A stretch of DNA of 64,000 bases from Candidatus Gorgyraea atricola. GTDB taxonomy: Bacteria > Omnitrophota > Gorgyraeia > Gorgyraeales > Gorgyraeaceae. The position numbers and the translations under genes were made by a program. This document shows, one piece after another, positions 19,413 to 30,137 of this stretch. The stretch is taken from positions 30,907 through 94,906 of the forward strand of contig JAVCCW010000010.1 in NCBI GenBank assembly GCA_030765235.1, written 5' to 3'. The notes under the pieces were generated by a model. The model was not told the origin of the DNA. It saw nothing but the letters and a program-made list of their open reading frames with translations, and did no database searches. Each line of letters starts with the position of its first letter. The first letter of the stretch is position 1.

Positions 19413-21047
19413 CTATATAGGGATATTAAACATATCTGCATATTTGCGCCAGAAAGGGCTTTCTTTTACGATTATCTTTGCAGTATCCATATATTGTTGT
19501 GCTTTATTAAAATTGCCGAGTTTTTCATAGCATTTTGCGGCACAGTAATATGCAATGGCATGGTCATTTTTTGCTCTTATTGCATTCTCAAACCCGCGCA
19601 GCGCCATTTCGTAATTGCCCAAACGAAAGTCGCTGTTTTCTACAAGGTTAAGCTCTATATTTAAGATATATGCCTTCTCCTGTATATATTCAGCGGTAAA
19701 ATTCTCTGTTTCGACAACCGCTTTTTTATAATGGCAGTCAATGTAACCGCCTTTGATGTAATTCTTTTTAAGGCATATATCAAACATTTCACTCCCTACA
19801 AGAGGAGTTGCAACCGTTATTCTAAACCAGTTTGCATTAATAGTTTTTAAAAATGCCCTTGTATCCTCAATATCCTGCTTTGTTTCGCCGGGGAGTCCTA
19901 TTAATATGTTCACATCCATATATATTCCCAATTCACGGCAATCGTCAGCCACAGGCTTTACCATTGAAAGGTCAAGGGGCTTGTGCATTATTTCCTTTAA
20001 AACCCTGCTGCTCCCCGATTCAATCGCCAGAACAAGCTGATCAATCCCTGCGCTTTTTAAAGCCTCAAGCATCTTTCTGTCAAGCTCATACAAAGGCAGT
20101 CCATTTTGAAAAACAGCAGTTAATCGCAATTCCTTTACTATATCAATGATCTCAAAGGCCCTCTGTTTTTTCGCAATGAAATGATCGTCCTGAAAAATAA
20201 TTACTTCTGCCCCGTATTGGTCTCTAAGGCGCTTAAAATCCTCTCTGATCCTCTTGATGCTATAATAGCGCATCCTTCTTCCATGGACCGAGTGTGATGC
20301 GCAAAAACAACAATGGTATGGGCACCCCCTGGACGTCATTACATGAAAGTTTTGTTTTTTCTTGGTGACAGCCGAATAGGCCTCTATTGCAGGGTTTAAT
20401 CCATATTCGTCTATCTCGCAAATATCATAATCATAAAAAGGTATTTCATCAAGGTCTTCGATAAAATCATGCAGGAACGTCTGTCCTCTTTCAACTTTTC
20501 TCCGCGTAATCCAGGAAGGATTTTCTTCAAAGTACGACACTTTATCATCGGCTTGCACAAGGCCTAAAAGAGGTTTTTCGCCTTCACCATAACATAGAGC
20601 GTCAAATCCTGCGCTAGTTTTAAATATATCTTTATATATATTTGTTGGAATGCCGCCGCCTGCTATAATGATGGCATCGGGAAATATGTTACGACAACAT
20701 TCTGCTATATCCAGCATATTTTGATACGAAGGCGTGAACAGCGAAGATATCCCGACTATAGTTGGCGCATAATCCAAAGTTGAAAGAGATTGCTGAAAAA
20801 AATCTACAAAAGAATGATACTCAAAACTTTCTAACTTATTTAAAGTAGTAGCAAAATCTAAAAGCTTAGTTTCTGCTGCGGCATGTTTTTTTAAGCATGA
20901 GCTCATAGACATTATACCTAAAGGCATATCGGTGAGCACACTTGCAAAATCTCCATTTTTCTTTTTTACTATTCTTGCATTATAATCAGGTTTGACAAAA
21001 TCGACATACATAATAGGCGGGGGTACTATAAATAAGACCTTGTCCAT
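19413..21047 (-). CDS. Cobalamin-binding radical SAM enzyme (class B rSAM, methyltransferase-type) with C-terminal TPR
   Basis: 544 aa; N-terminal Rossmann B12-binding-like region, rSAM cluster CPYHCCFC, C-terminal TPR-like segment. Confidence 0.7.
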   Translation of the reverse strand: MDKVLFIVPPPIMYVDFVKPDYNARIVKKKNGDFASVLTDMPLGIMSMSSCLKKHAAAETKLLDFATTLNKLESFEYHSFVDFFQQSLSTLDYAPTIVGISSLFTPSYQNMLDIAECCRNIFPDAIIIAGGGIPTNIYKDIFKTSAGFDALCYGEGEKPLLGLVQADDKVSYFEENPSWITRRKVERGQTFLHDFIEDLDEIPFYDYDICEIDEYGLNPAIEAYSAVTKKKQNFHVMTSRGCPYHCCFCASHSVHGRRMRYYSIKRIREDFKRLRDQYGAEVIIFQDDHFIAKKQRAFEIIDIVKELRLTAVFQNGLPLYELDRKMLEALKSAGIDQLVLAIESGSSRVLKEIMHKPLDLSMVKPVADDCRELGIYMDVNILIGLPGETKQDIEDTRAFLKTINANWFRITVATPLVGSEMFDICLKKNYIKGGYIDCHYKKAVVETENFTAEYIQEKAYILNIELNLVENSDFRLGNYEMALRGFENAIRAKNDHAIAYYCAAKCYEKLGNFNKAQQYMDTAKIIVKESPFWRKYADMFNIPI

Positions 21048-21066
21048 ATTTCTTATCCTCTAAGAA

Positions 21067-22212
21067 TTAGCAATCCTGAATAACTTCCAATCCAAAATCT
21101 CTCAATATAGAGATATTTATATTTCTATCATACTTTTGCCGTATAATACTTGCTACTTCATCGGAATAACCAGCCGCCATAATAATAACAGCATCGACGG
21201 GGTCTGAGTTAAGTGTGTCAGGAGAAACTATACGAACATGTGTAGCTGGCGTGAATTTGCCTTGCTTAAACGGAGCTGAATCAACAACATATTTTATTTT
21301 ATCAGCTAAATTTGCCAGAGAGATAACTGCAAGCGCCTGATGGCCGGCGCCCCATATTGCAACTTGTTTGCATCTATATTGGCCCATATAGTTGTTTATT
21401 TCATTTTTAAGCTGCGACTGATATTTATAAAAATGCGCTATATCCAGTCTTACCTTTTTTTTTACAACAGCAGAAATTATATAGTCATGCCACTCTTCAT
21501 TGCATTCGATAATTTTAAAACCATTTCGCTCTATGACTGCATTTAAAGTTTCTTTCGTAAAATAAAATAGATGATCGCATGTAAATTCAGAGAAAAGTTT
21601 ATTTCGTAAAATCATATCAAAATTTGGTACCTCGATGAGTCCTATGGCGTCATCTGTCAAATTGTTATATATTCCTCTAAGGGCTGAATGTGGATCAGGC
21701 AGATGTTCAAGAAAATTCAATATAAAAAAGGCATCGAACGGGGCATGGTTTAATTTATAAGTACTGCTTTGGATGAATCCTTTTGAAGCCTTTAAGCCGT
21801 TCTTGACACACTGCCTCACCGATTCTGTGGAATGCTCCAATCCATAAGCATCTACCCCAAACTGCTGCATGATAGACAAATACTCCCCACAACCACAGCC
21901 GATTTCAATAACTTTCTTTCTTTTGAGAGAATATTTTTGTATAAAGCGGTTGAATTGCTTCCTTCGAAAATCTTTCATTTCCTCTGAAAACCGAGCGGCG
22001 CGTATAACCTCCTTATAATAAGGGACAGGATCATTGCTTAGCTGTACTAATCCGCAGCCTGAACACTGACAGACTTCCAGATCAATTCCCTTATCGTCTT
22101 CGAGCGACTCTGCATCTGGCAAAAATTGAGCAGCCTTTGGCATATTTTCGTATCGCAGCAATGGTTCTTCGAAAAATTTATGGGCACATACTCTACACTT
22201 GTTTATTGGCAT
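21067..22212 (-). CDS. Zn-ribbon + class I SAM methyltransferase + C-methyltransferase C-terminal domain (TylCIII/TcaB9-like NDP-hexose C-methyltransferase)
   Basis: 381 aa; N-terminal CxxC...CxxC; SAM motif I VIEIGCGCGEY; C-terminal Rossmann-like domain (VAIWGAGHQA). Confidence 0.55.
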   Translation of the reverse strand: MPINKCRVCAHKFFEEPLLRYENMPKAAQFLPDAESLEDDKGIDLEVCQCSGCGLVQLSNDPVPYYKEVIRAARFSEEMKDFRRKQFNRFIQKYSLKRKKVIEIGCGCGEYLSIMQQFGVDAYGLEHSTESVRQCVKNGLKASKGFIQSSTYKLNHAPFDAFFILNFLEHLPDPHSALRGIYNNLTDDAIGLIEVPNFDMILRNKLFSEFTCDHLFYFTKETLNAVIERNGFKIIECNEEWHDYIISAVVKKKVRLDIAHFYKYQSQLKNEINNYMGQYRCKQVAIWGAGHQALAVISLANLADKIKYVVDSAPFKQGKFTPATHVRIVSPDTLNSDPVDAVIIMAAGYSDEVASIIRQKYDRNINISILRDFGLEVIQDC

Positions 22213-23084
22213 AAAAACAGCTTCCCATCAATAGAATCTTTCTTTTCTAAATACCAATGATACAATTCATCAATACAATCATCCATATTGCAAAAAGAAT
22301 AGTCCCCTATTTTGCTAAGTAGTTTGGAATTATCACCGCTATATTCTCTGCCAAGATCACCATGAGAGACTTTAATATCTAATCTTTTTCCAGATACCTT
22401 AAGGACTTTTCGAGCCAATGTCAATAGGTCGAAAGTCTCGCCTCTACAAACGTTATAACATTTATCCTCTGGTTCATTTTCGATAAACCATCCTGTAATC
22501 CTTATAAGGTCATCAATATAGAGATAATCAAGAAATACATTCTGCTTTATTGTTATTGGTAAGTCCCATACTGTTCTGCAGCACGCGTTAGAAATAAATC
22601 GTATTTTCCAATCCTCATATTTGCCAAAAACACCGAAAACTCTCAGATTGTAAATGTTTTCGGATTTTTCCGCATACTTGCACATAATGTATTTCGAAAA
22701 AACATCTTGATCTTTTGGCACGCAAATATCAAAGTAATCTTCATTCATTCTATGTATCCAATGTTCTCGGCCATAGACCGCTCCTGACCCATAGTAAATC
22801 ATCTTTCCGTATTCACCATGGCAGCGGGCAAGATTAAAAAACATCCTGAGATTGTATTCCAAGATTTTATTTGTATCTTTTTTTGAGTTCCTTGCTGCAT
22901 TCCATGCACAATGAACTATCGCGTCAAAATGGTGTTTCTTAAGATAATTACTGACTTTTCTTTCATTTAACAGTTCGAGTTCTTCATGGGATGGGGCATA
23001 AATTTTATATTTATCCTGAAGCTGCTCCTTTAGGTTTCGACCGATAAACCCTGTTCCTCCTGTAATAAAAATCTTCTTTTTCAT
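22203..23084 (-). CDS. NAD(P)-dependent epimerase/dehydratase/reductase (extended SDR; CDP/NDP-4-keto-sugar reductase candidate)
   Basis: 293 aa; N-terminal FITGGTGFIGRNL Rossmann motif; overlaps neighbours (operon). Confidence 0.7.
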   Translation of the reverse strand: MKKKIFITGGTGFIGRNLKEQLQDKYKIYAPSHEELELLNERKVSNYLKKHHFDAIVHCAWNAARNSKKDTNKILEYNLRMFFNLARCHGEYGKMIYYGSGAVYGREHWIHRMNEDYFDICVPKDQDVFSKYIMCKYAEKSENIYNLRVFGVFGKYEDWKIRFISNACCRTVWDLPITIKQNVFLDYLYIDDLIRITGWFIENEPEDKCYNVCRGETFDLLTLARKVLKVSGKRLDIKVSHGDLGREYSGDNSKLLSKIGDYSFCNMDDCIDELYHWYLEKKDSIDGKLFLCQ

Positions 23085-23104
23085 CCTGCCTCGCCCCGCA
23101 TGCC

Positions 23105-24616
23105 TTAATCTAACCAGTGAGTAACTAAGGTCTTGCGATGTTTATTCTTTGCTATTTCTTTATCAGTATAATATGAATCCTTTGCATGATGCGTTGATGA
23201 AATCTCTTCGATTATTGCGCCGGCCCTGCTGCCAAAACTATGTTTTTTCTTTCTCTCCACAGTAACTAAGCTGCCGGCCTTATATTCCGTCTCGACCCCA
23301 TCTATCGTAAGCAGGATATCTCCATATAAAACCTGGAAGGTCTCCTCTTTTATCTTGTGGTATTGCTCAGGGTGCTTCTGCCCGGGAAGCATCACTATCA
23401 GTTTCTTGCAATATTCACGGTTTACAAAATTAATCATCGTACAGCCCTGCTCTTCGACCTTATCTACCCCATAGTGATGCGATATCTCAAGATCTAATTT
23501 GCCTGGAACCAACACATTACTCTTCTTTAAAATAGCCTTTACCTTCTGAACCACACTATAGACCCTTTCTCTGTTATCCACCTGCCTTAGATTAGCTAAA
23601 GGTATCGGCTTATTTACATCCATGTCTGAAGTGGCATAAAAATCTGTGTATTTGGACATATCATTTGCCGTGATCTGACCCTCTGCCGTAGGTATAGCCA
23701 GAAAGGTATTAGATAGCTCAATCATCTCGCCCTTTTTTATTTTTCTACTGGCAAAGACACCTCTTTTTAAAGACTGTAGAGCCTTTGTCTCTTTCTCGGT
23801 AAATCCTGACCTCTTCATAGCGGTTCCGCACATCTGTAAGGCCTCAAGCGCTGACTCCAACCATAGCCTGACTTGTCCGGGAACAACTGAATAACCATTA
23901 AGGCCAAACTGTCCTGTCCTTATCCCTGCATGCTTTTCAAATACCCTTGCGCCTTTTCCTATCGCGATCTTAATGGAAACAAAATTATCAGGCTCCTCAT
24001 GAGCTGAATAACCAATATCTACCTGAGGGTACCTTGCCTTCAGTAAGTCTATCTGATTTAATTGCAGGCCTTTTTTAGGAGTAGGGTATTCAGCTACGCA
24101 ATGCATGAGCGCAAAGGCCTTCTCCCTGTGTTCAAGAAAACTAACAACCTTATCTATCTCTTCCAGAGGCAAGCCAGCAGTGGAGACAATAATGGGTTTA
24201 TTGGTCTTCACAACCCTTTCCAGCAAAGGCCAATCAGTAGCAGAGCAGCTGCCGATCTTAATGATGTCAAAATCCTGTCTTTCTATTAGATCAACTGAGG
24301 CCTCATCAAATGGCGTACAAACCGAGACAAACCCCAGGTTATCGATCTCGTCCTTCAATACCTTAAACTGATTTTCATCAAGCCGAGTTTCTAAAAAACG
24401 TTTAACGTATTTAAATTCAAACTTCTTCTTAAAATCCGGGTGAATAAAGGTATCTAAATCCCTGTATTGCAGCTTAAACCCAAAATTAAAGTCGAACCCC
24501 TTGCAGATCTTATGTATCTCCCTGATGATCTTTAAGCCGTGCTCCACGTTTCCCATGTGGTTATTAGCCATCTCGAAGATAAACAGATTGTGAAATATGC
24601 CCTTGTCCAATCCCAT
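23105..24616 (-). CDS. NeuB-like ulosonic-acid synthase (TIM barrel + SAF domain) fused to C-terminal cupin domain
   Basis: 503 aa; N-terminal IFEMANNHMGN (NeuB/SpsE-type), SAF block (GVFASRKIKKGEMI), extra about 130 aa C-terminal beta-rich His-containing cupin-like domain. Confidence 0.6.
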   Translation of the reverse strand: MGLDKGIFHNLFIFEMANNHMGNVEHGLKIIREIHKICKGFDFNFGFKLQYRDLDTFIHPDFKKKFEFKYVKRFLETRLDENQFKVLKDEIDNLGFVSVCTPFDEASVDLIERQDFDIIKIGSCSATDWPLLERVVKTNKPIIVSTAGLPLEEIDKVVSFLEHREKAFALMHCVAEYPTPKKGLQLNQIDLLKARYPQVDIGYSAHEEPDNFVSIKIAIGKGARVFEKHAGIRTGQFGLNGYSVVPGQVRLWLESALEALQMCGTAMKRSGFTEKETKALQSLKRGVFASRKIKKGEMIELSNTFLAIPTAEGQITANDMSKYTDFYATSDMDVNKPIPLANLRQVDNRERVYSVVQKVKAILKKSNVLVPGKLDLEISHHYGVDKVEEQGCTMINFVNREYCKKLIVMLPGQKHPEQYHKIKEETFQVLYGDILLTIDGVETEYKAGSLVTVERKKKHSFGSRAGAIIEEISSTHHAKDSYYTDKEIAKNKHRKTLVTHWLD

Positions 24617-24626
24617 AATATATCCC

Positions 24627-26426
24627 CTATATTTTAGAAATACTCATATTTTCTGCCAGCTCTTCTCTTGACAAAAACGGAAACATGTCTTCCAGAGGCC
24701 TTGACTCAAAGGACCCGTCCGCTCTTTTGTAAGAGGCTGCCTTTGGATTCAATCCTTGATGAGGTGATATATTCAATTCACACAAGATAGGCCCTGGCTC
24801 TGATAAAACCCTACTTACCTTGCTTTCGATCTCTTTATTTGTTAAAATTTTTTCATAACCTAATCCATAGGCAATAGCTACCTTTTTAAAATCTGGATTG
24901 CTTATACCTGACCGTTCGTCTGCCCCCACATAATGACTATTAAAAAAGGTATCTTGTGTCAACCTGATAGATGTATAGCCGGCATTGTTAATGATAAATA
25001 TCTTTATCGGAAGATTATGATGCCTTATAAGCTGCAGTTCCTGGATATTCATCTGCATGCTCCCGTCTCCTGTAATGCAAATAGTCCTTTTACGATCATT
25101 AGCGATACAGGCCCCGATACTGGCAGGTAATCCCCACCCCATTGCCCCATAGCCATTATTTGTAAAGGCCCTCTGCTGCGGCTTCACCTTAAATGCCTGG
25201 TAAAGACATAATGCGGCCATGCCATTACCCGTGACTACCACATCCTGCTCTGTTAATAAGTCTGATAATTTGTCATAAAAAATATATGTATCAACATGAG
25301 CCTCATCTTCAAAAAATTCATTAACGATAGAGGGATAGCGTTTTTTCCAATTTTTACATGCGTCAAGCCACCCCGCAGGGGCACGAAGATCTATTTCTTT
25401 AAGCTGATTTAAAAATTCTTCTAAAAAATCTTTCGCATCGGCTTGAATACGAACATCAGGAGAGAGTGTTGACTTTTGTAATTCTCGTTCATCTACATCC
25501 ACTATAATCTTTTTGGCATTCGGGGCAAATGCCTTATAATTATATCCAACAATCTTTATGTTCATTCGAGATCCTATGCTTAAGAGGCAATCAGAATTCT
25601 GTATCGCAAAATTCGCCCTTCTCTGGCCTATAATACCTGCCTTTCCTATAAGTAATGGGTGCGCGTCTGGAATCAAATCCATGCCGTTAAATGAAAGCAC
25701 TGCGGGAATCTGAATCCTTTCAAGGATTTGCTTCAACAAGTCTTCTGCCCTGGCTATTCGTATGCCATATCCACATAATATCACCGGCCTCTTGGCCCTC
25801 TTTAGCATCTCCATGACTTTACTTACGTGGAGTCTTTTTTTAAGCCGCGGCAACGAGTCCTTTGGCCTAAAGGAATGAAGATTTTCTATATCAATAAAGC
25901 TGCCCTGGACATCAAGAGGTATATTGATCCATACTGGCCCAGGCCTCCCTGTAGTGGCTTTATAAAAAGCTAACTCTAATTCGTATTTAATCATCTTGGG
26001 GTCTAAAATTGTTTTGGCGTATTTTGTAATAGGCTTGATCGTCTCGATAATATTGATCTCCTGCTCGCCTATCTGTCTTATTTTCGAATAATCCGCTATA
26101 AGCTCCCTTTTAACCTGACCGGAAATAACCATCATCGGTACAGAATCAACCCATGCGCTCGCAACCCCTGAAATCGCATTTGTACTTCCGGGACCTGTAG
26201 TGACAAGACATGATGATATATGATTTTTTAACCTCGCATACCCTTCTGCGCAATATCCAACAGCCTGCTCATTATAATTACAAAAATACTTTATATTTTT
26301 ATTTCGCCCCACTGAGTCCACAAGGTGGATGATCCCCCCTCCAGCGATCATGAATATATCCATGATCCCTTTTTGGACTAAAAAATCTATTACATAATCT
26401 GAAAGCTTTATCATCTTATCCTTCAA
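24627..26426 (-). CDS. Thiamine-diphosphate-dependent enzyme of the acetolactate-synthase-large-subunit family (YerE-like branched-sugar synthase candidate)
   Basis: 599 aa; three-domain TPP fold; TPP-binding GDGSMQMNIQEL motif; located beside rfbF/rfbG/rfbH. Confidence 0.8.
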   Translation of the reverse strand: MKDKMIKLSDYVIDFLVQKGIMDIFMIAGGGIIHLVDSVGRNKNIKYFCNYNEQAVGYCAEGYARLKNHISSCLVTTGPGSTNAISGVASAWVDSVPMMVISGQVKRELIADYSKIRQIGEQEINIIETIKPITKYAKTILDPKMIKYELELAFYKATTGRPGPVWINIPLDVQGSFIDIENLHSFRPKDSLPRLKKRLHVSKVMEMLKRAKRPVILCGYGIRIARAEDLLKQILERIQIPAVLSFNGMDLIPDAHPLLIGKAGIIGQRRANFAIQNSDCLLSIGSRMNIKIVGYNYKAFAPNAKKIIVDVDERELQKSTLSPDVRIQADAKDFLEEFLNQLKEIDLRAPAGWLDACKNWKKRYPSIVNEFFEDEAHVDTYIFYDKLSDLLTEQDVVVTGNGMAALCLYQAFKVKPQQRAFTNNGYGAMGWGLPASIGACIANDRKRTICITGDGSMQMNIQELQLIRHHNLPIKIFIINNAGYTSIRLTQDTFFNSHYVGADERSGISNPDFKKVAIAYGLGYEKILTNKEIESKVSRVLSEPGPILCELNISPHQGLNPKAASYKRADGSFESRPLEDMFPFLSREELAENMSISKI

Positions 26427-27412
26427 AAAATACCCTTATACCAGTTTATGGTTTTCTTCAAGCCTTCTTCCAAGCTATGCTTTGGTTTCCAGCCAAGGGC
26501 CTTTCTTGCCTTCCATGATGAAAGATGCTGATGTCTAATCTCATGCCTTACCTTGCTTAGAATTTTATAAGATGGCCTTATGCCGGCTAGTTGATAAATC
26601 TTTTTTACCATCTTTATGACCGATACGGGTTTCTCATTGCTGAAGTTAAATGCCTCTCCTTCTAATTTCAATCTTTGCAAATTTTCAGCAAGCAGAATAT
26701 ATCCATTCATAATATCCTCGACATAAACATAATCACGCGTAAATCTTCCATCGCTGCGAATAAGTAATTTCCTGTTCTGAAGCGCTGATCTGATTGCATC
26801 AGGGGCAATCCTTGAAAAATGGAAATCCCCAGGGCCAAAGACATTGCCGCATCTGGTTATGCCTACAGGTAAATTATAGGTATTATAATAAGTATGCGCT
26901 AATAAATCCGCGCAGCTTTTAGAAGCGTCATATGGATGATTACCAGATAAAGGAGCGTCTTCCTTATATGGAAGTTTATTAGTCTCTCCGTAGGCCTTAT
27001 CGCTTGAGGCTATTACAATGGATTCTATGAATTTTTTATTTCTTGACGCCTCTAAAATATTCCATGTGCCTTCAATGTTTGATTTAAAAGTCTTAATGGG
27101 GTTCTTGTTAGCCTCGAGAACTATCGCCTCAGCAGCCAGATGAAAAATAGTCTGCGGCTTAAATCTTTCAATGACATTTTTAACTAATTCTAAATTTATA
27201 ATATCTCCCCTGACGCAGGTTATATCCTTTCTTAAGCCGTTAAGCATAGAAACTGGGCGATTTTTTATCTTGTCGATGCCTGTTATTCTAGCGCCATAGC
27301 CCAGTAAAACCTTGGCAAGCCAAGAACCCAGAAAACCTTCATGGCCTGTTATCAAAACCTTTCTATCTTTCCAAAAGACACCTTTTCTATTGCTCATTCC
27401 CAGACCTTCCAA
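26423..27412 (-). CDS. rfbG: CDP-glucose 4,6-dehydratase
   Basis: 329 aa; FWKDRKVLITGHEGFLGSWL N-terminus characteristic of RfbG/DdhB; SDR YxxxK; 4-nt overlap with rfbF (operon). Confidence 0.8.
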   Translation of the reverse strand: MEGLGMSNRKGVFWKDRKVLITGHEGFLGSWLAKVLLGYGARITGIDKIKNRPVSMLNGLRKDITCVRGDIINLELVKNVIERFKPQTIFHLAAEAIVLEANKNPIKTFKSNIEGTWNILEASRNKKFIESIVIASSDKAYGETNKLPYKEDAPLSGNHPYDASKSCADLLAHTYYNTYNLPVGITRCGNVFGPGDFHFSRIAPDAIRSALQNRKLLIRSDGRFTRDYVYVEDIMNGYILLAENLQRLKLEGEAFNFSNEKPVSVIKMVKKIYQLAGIRPSYKILSKVRHEIRHQHLSSWKARKALGWKPKHSLEEGLKKTINWYKGIF

Positions 27413-28182
27413 GGAGCCCTATTTTCCTTCCACATCTGATTTAAGTTACCATATTCCCTGATAGTGTCAACACAGTACCAAAATCCTTTATGTTCATATA
27501 CGCCCATCTGTTTATCTTTTACCATGTTAGGCAGGGTCTCGCCCTCCAAAACTAAATCTTCTCCTGGCCTGAAATATTTATGAATGACCTTTTTATTAAA
27601 GACCATAAATCCGCCATTAAACAACCCCGTGCTTACATTAGGTTTCTCATTAAAGGAAGATATCATATTGCCGGTGGCCTGTATTTCACCAAAACGGCTA
27701 GCAGGATAAACTCCTGTTATTGTACCCAATAAACTGGATTTTTTATGAGTCTCTATCAACTCCTTTATATCAATATCAGCGACACCATCCGCGTAAGTCA
27801 CGCCAAAGATATTACTGTGCTCTAAATACTTACGCACATTCCAAATCCTTGCTCCAGTTTGAGAATTCTCCCCTGTTTCCACCATAGTAACTTTCCAATC
27901 TAAATCTTCATTACGATGATGACGATAGACTGCCAAACCTTTTTTATTTAAATTTACGGTTACATCTGAAACCTTGGCCATGTAATTTAAGAAAAATTCC
28001 TTTATCAGCCATCCTTTATAACCAAGGCATAGGACAAAATCTTTTATGCCATAATGAGCGTACATCTTCATTATATGCCAGATCATAGGCCTATCGCCTA
28101 TAGGAAGCATGGCCTTAGGCAAAACCTCGGAAACATCCCTGATCCTTGTTCCTCTACCACCGCATAGGATTACTAACTTCAT
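27394..28182 (-). CDS. rfbF: Glucose-1-phosphate cytidylyltransferase
   Basis: 262 aa; MKLVILCGGRGTRI...LPKAMLPIGDRPMIWHIMKMY, near-canonical RfbF/DdhA. Confidence 0.85.
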   Translation of the reverse strand: MKLVILCGGRGTRIRDVSEVLPKAMLPIGDRPMIWHIMKMYAHYGIKDFVLCLGYKGWLIKEFFLNYMAKVSDVTVNLNKKGLAVYRHHRNEDLDWKVTMVETGENSQTGARIWNVRKYLEHSNIFGVTYADGVADIDIKELIETHKKSSLLGTITGVYPASRFGEIQATGNMISSFNEKPNVSTGLFNGGFMVFNKKVIHKYFRPGEDLVLEGETLPNMVKDKQMGVYEHKGFWYCVDTIREYGNLNQMWKENRAPWKVWE

Positions 28183-28263
28183 GATATCCTCCTCTGGACT
28201 TTGAAATTCCCTGCAATAAATTATAAGTATACAGCCTAATTCTCTTTAAGTCCAATATTTTAC

Positions 28264-29367
28264 TCAGATAAAATTAACATGCATCGGTTCTTTGCCTTTT
28301 ACATCTTCTAATGCGGCCTCTCCGCGCTTCAGATCCAATAGAAAGTCATTAACGCTATGTTGAAGGCATAAAGTGCCGCACATGGTCCTGGCGTCAAACT
28401 CCTCAGACGCGATTAGATCTATAACATCCCAGTAGCGCTTGCTTTCCCAGATCTTTTTAAACGGTGTATCAACTATATTTCCTATATGATATTTTTTATA
28501 CCTTCTGTTAAATAACATCCCGCATGGCGCCACAAGGCCTGAACCTGAAAACTGCATGATAAAAGGCGGGCCATAGCAGCGGGAATATCTGCGCTTACCC
28601 TTGCTTAAAATCTTAGACCATTTTACCCTTACTATGCACTGCTTGTCTGAATACGATTCTGCCTGCTTTAAGAGATCCTTGAGCGGCTCATATTTGGAAT
28701 AATCAATACCTAAAGACCCCCTCTCGTCATCACTGCAGTGTTTGATAATAACATAGTCTACTCCGAGCTCCTTGCCAAGCCTTACCACTGGAATGATCTG
28801 GTCTTTAAAATCAGGCATTAGAACCATCTGCAGGCCAAGCGTAACATTCAGGTTTTTCTGTCTTTTTATCTTCACGCATTTTTTTATAATATCACTTACT
28901 GCGTAAAAATGTTCTCTCCTGCACCCCATAATACGCGCATATCTTTCAGGTTCTCCAGCTGAAATATTGAACCTCAAATACGTAAGCGCTGATAAAATTT
29001 CCTCTAAGCGCTCTTCTTGCAAAAGATAACCGTTTGTAGCCAGGGCCATGTCTAATCCATTGGCCTTACCCCTTATTATGGCATCGTATAAATGAGAAGA
29101 GCATGTGCTTTCTCCGTCGCTTACAAGGCTTATTGCCTTTACGCCGATCTCAGCCGCATCATCCAGGAATCTGAAGATAACATCCCTGGTCATCCTTTTT
29201 TCATCATTGGCCTGAAGCTGGCCATAGCAATACACGCATCTATACGTGCATTTCCTGGTAAGCGCGCAGTCTATGGTTATGGGCGCAATCCGTTCCCCCT
29301 GCAGCCAGGCCTCAACCCTATCTCTGTGCCAGTGTAATTTATGACCATCCAGTAGCAGCTCTGTCAT
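28264..29367 (-). CDS. Radical SAM protein, paralog A (shared family with 32154-33218)
   Basis: 367 aa; CTYRCVYC (CX3CX2C); N-terminal HKLHWHRDRVEAWLQGERIAPI block and C-terminal ...HVNFI both shared with the 354-aa paralog. Confidence 0.75.
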   Translation of the reverse strand: MTELLLDGHKLHWHRDRVEAWLQGERIAPITIDCALTRKCTYRCVYCYGQLQANDEKRMTRDVIFRFLDDAAEIGVKAISLVSDGESTCSSHLYDAIIRGKANGLDMALATNGYLLQEERLEEILSALTYLRFNISAGEPERYARIMGCRREHFYAVSDIIKKCVKIKRQKNLNVTLGLQMVLMPDFKDQIIPVVRLGKELGVDYVIIKHCSDDERGSLGIDYSKYEPLKDLLKQAESYSDKQCIVRVKWSKILSKGKRRYSRCYGPPFIMQFSGSGLVAPCGMLFNRRYKKYHIGNIVDTPFKKIWESKRYWDVIDLIASEEFDARTMCGTLCLQHSVNDFLLDLKRGEAALEDVKGKEPMHVNFI

Positions 29368-30137
29368 TAAGATTTTTTATAACGCTGCGCTGATGCGCAA
29401 CCCTGAGTAAACTTGTATCTTTTGCTTTTCTCTTTCTTTCCAAAGTATATGTCATACACTAATTTCAGGTATTCCTTTATAACCTGCAGAGAATTTGAGA
29501 ATGTAGTTGCCTTTGATTTGCCAATCTTTCTTGATCCTAACCTATAGGGAACCTCTGCAAATAGATATCCTCTCTTTGCGAGCCTTATTAAAATATCCGC
29601 CTGAAAAAAGAAACTCGAGCTTCTATAATCCAAATCACTCAAGATCGATCTTCTGTAAAGAACAGTCCCGTGGGGATAGTTAAAGGACGTGCCGAATGTG
29701 CTATTAAGAATTTTCAATAAGAAAAAAGATAGTATATTTCTAAATAATGTCCTGTCGCGTTTATTATAGACAAAGGGGATTACCATATCGACTTCATCCA
29801 AGAGTTTTAAATAGCGAAATATCTCATAAGGGTCATTTTCATCGTCTCCGGGCAGCATGCAAACTATCTCACCCCTGGCATTCAGGATGCCATCCCAAAA
29901 TGACACGCCTATGCCCTGCGGAGTTTCGTGATTAATCAGGCGGATTCTATTGCCTTCTTTGGACATTAATTCTTTCACAAGCTCCAATGTCTTATCGCTC
30001 GAGCCATCATTAATAATAACAATCTCTCCATCTACTTTAAAGGCCTCAAAGGCCTTTAAAGTATTATTGATAGCGGATAAAATGTTCTTTTGTTCGTTTA
30101 ACGCTGGCATTATTATACTTAAAAATACAGGGCTCAC
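29367..30137 (-). CDS. GT2 glycosyltransferase (Dpm1-like, soluble)
   Basis: 256 aa; LSIIMPALNEQ N-terminus, DGSSD, DxD-type region (MLPGDDENDP). Confidence 0.75.
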   Translation of the reverse strand: MSPVFLSIIMPALNEQKNILSAINNTLKAFEAFKVDGEIVIINDGSSDKTLELVKELMSKEGNRIRLINHETPQGIGVSFWDGILNARGEIVCMLPGDDENDPYEIFRYLKLLDEVDMVIPFVYNKRDRTLFRNILSFFLLKILNSTFGTSFNYPHGTVLYRRSILSDLDYRSSSFFFQADILIRLAKRGYLFAEVPYRLGSRKIGKSKATTFSNSLQVIKEYLKLVYDIYFGKKEKSKRYKFTQGCASAQRYKKS

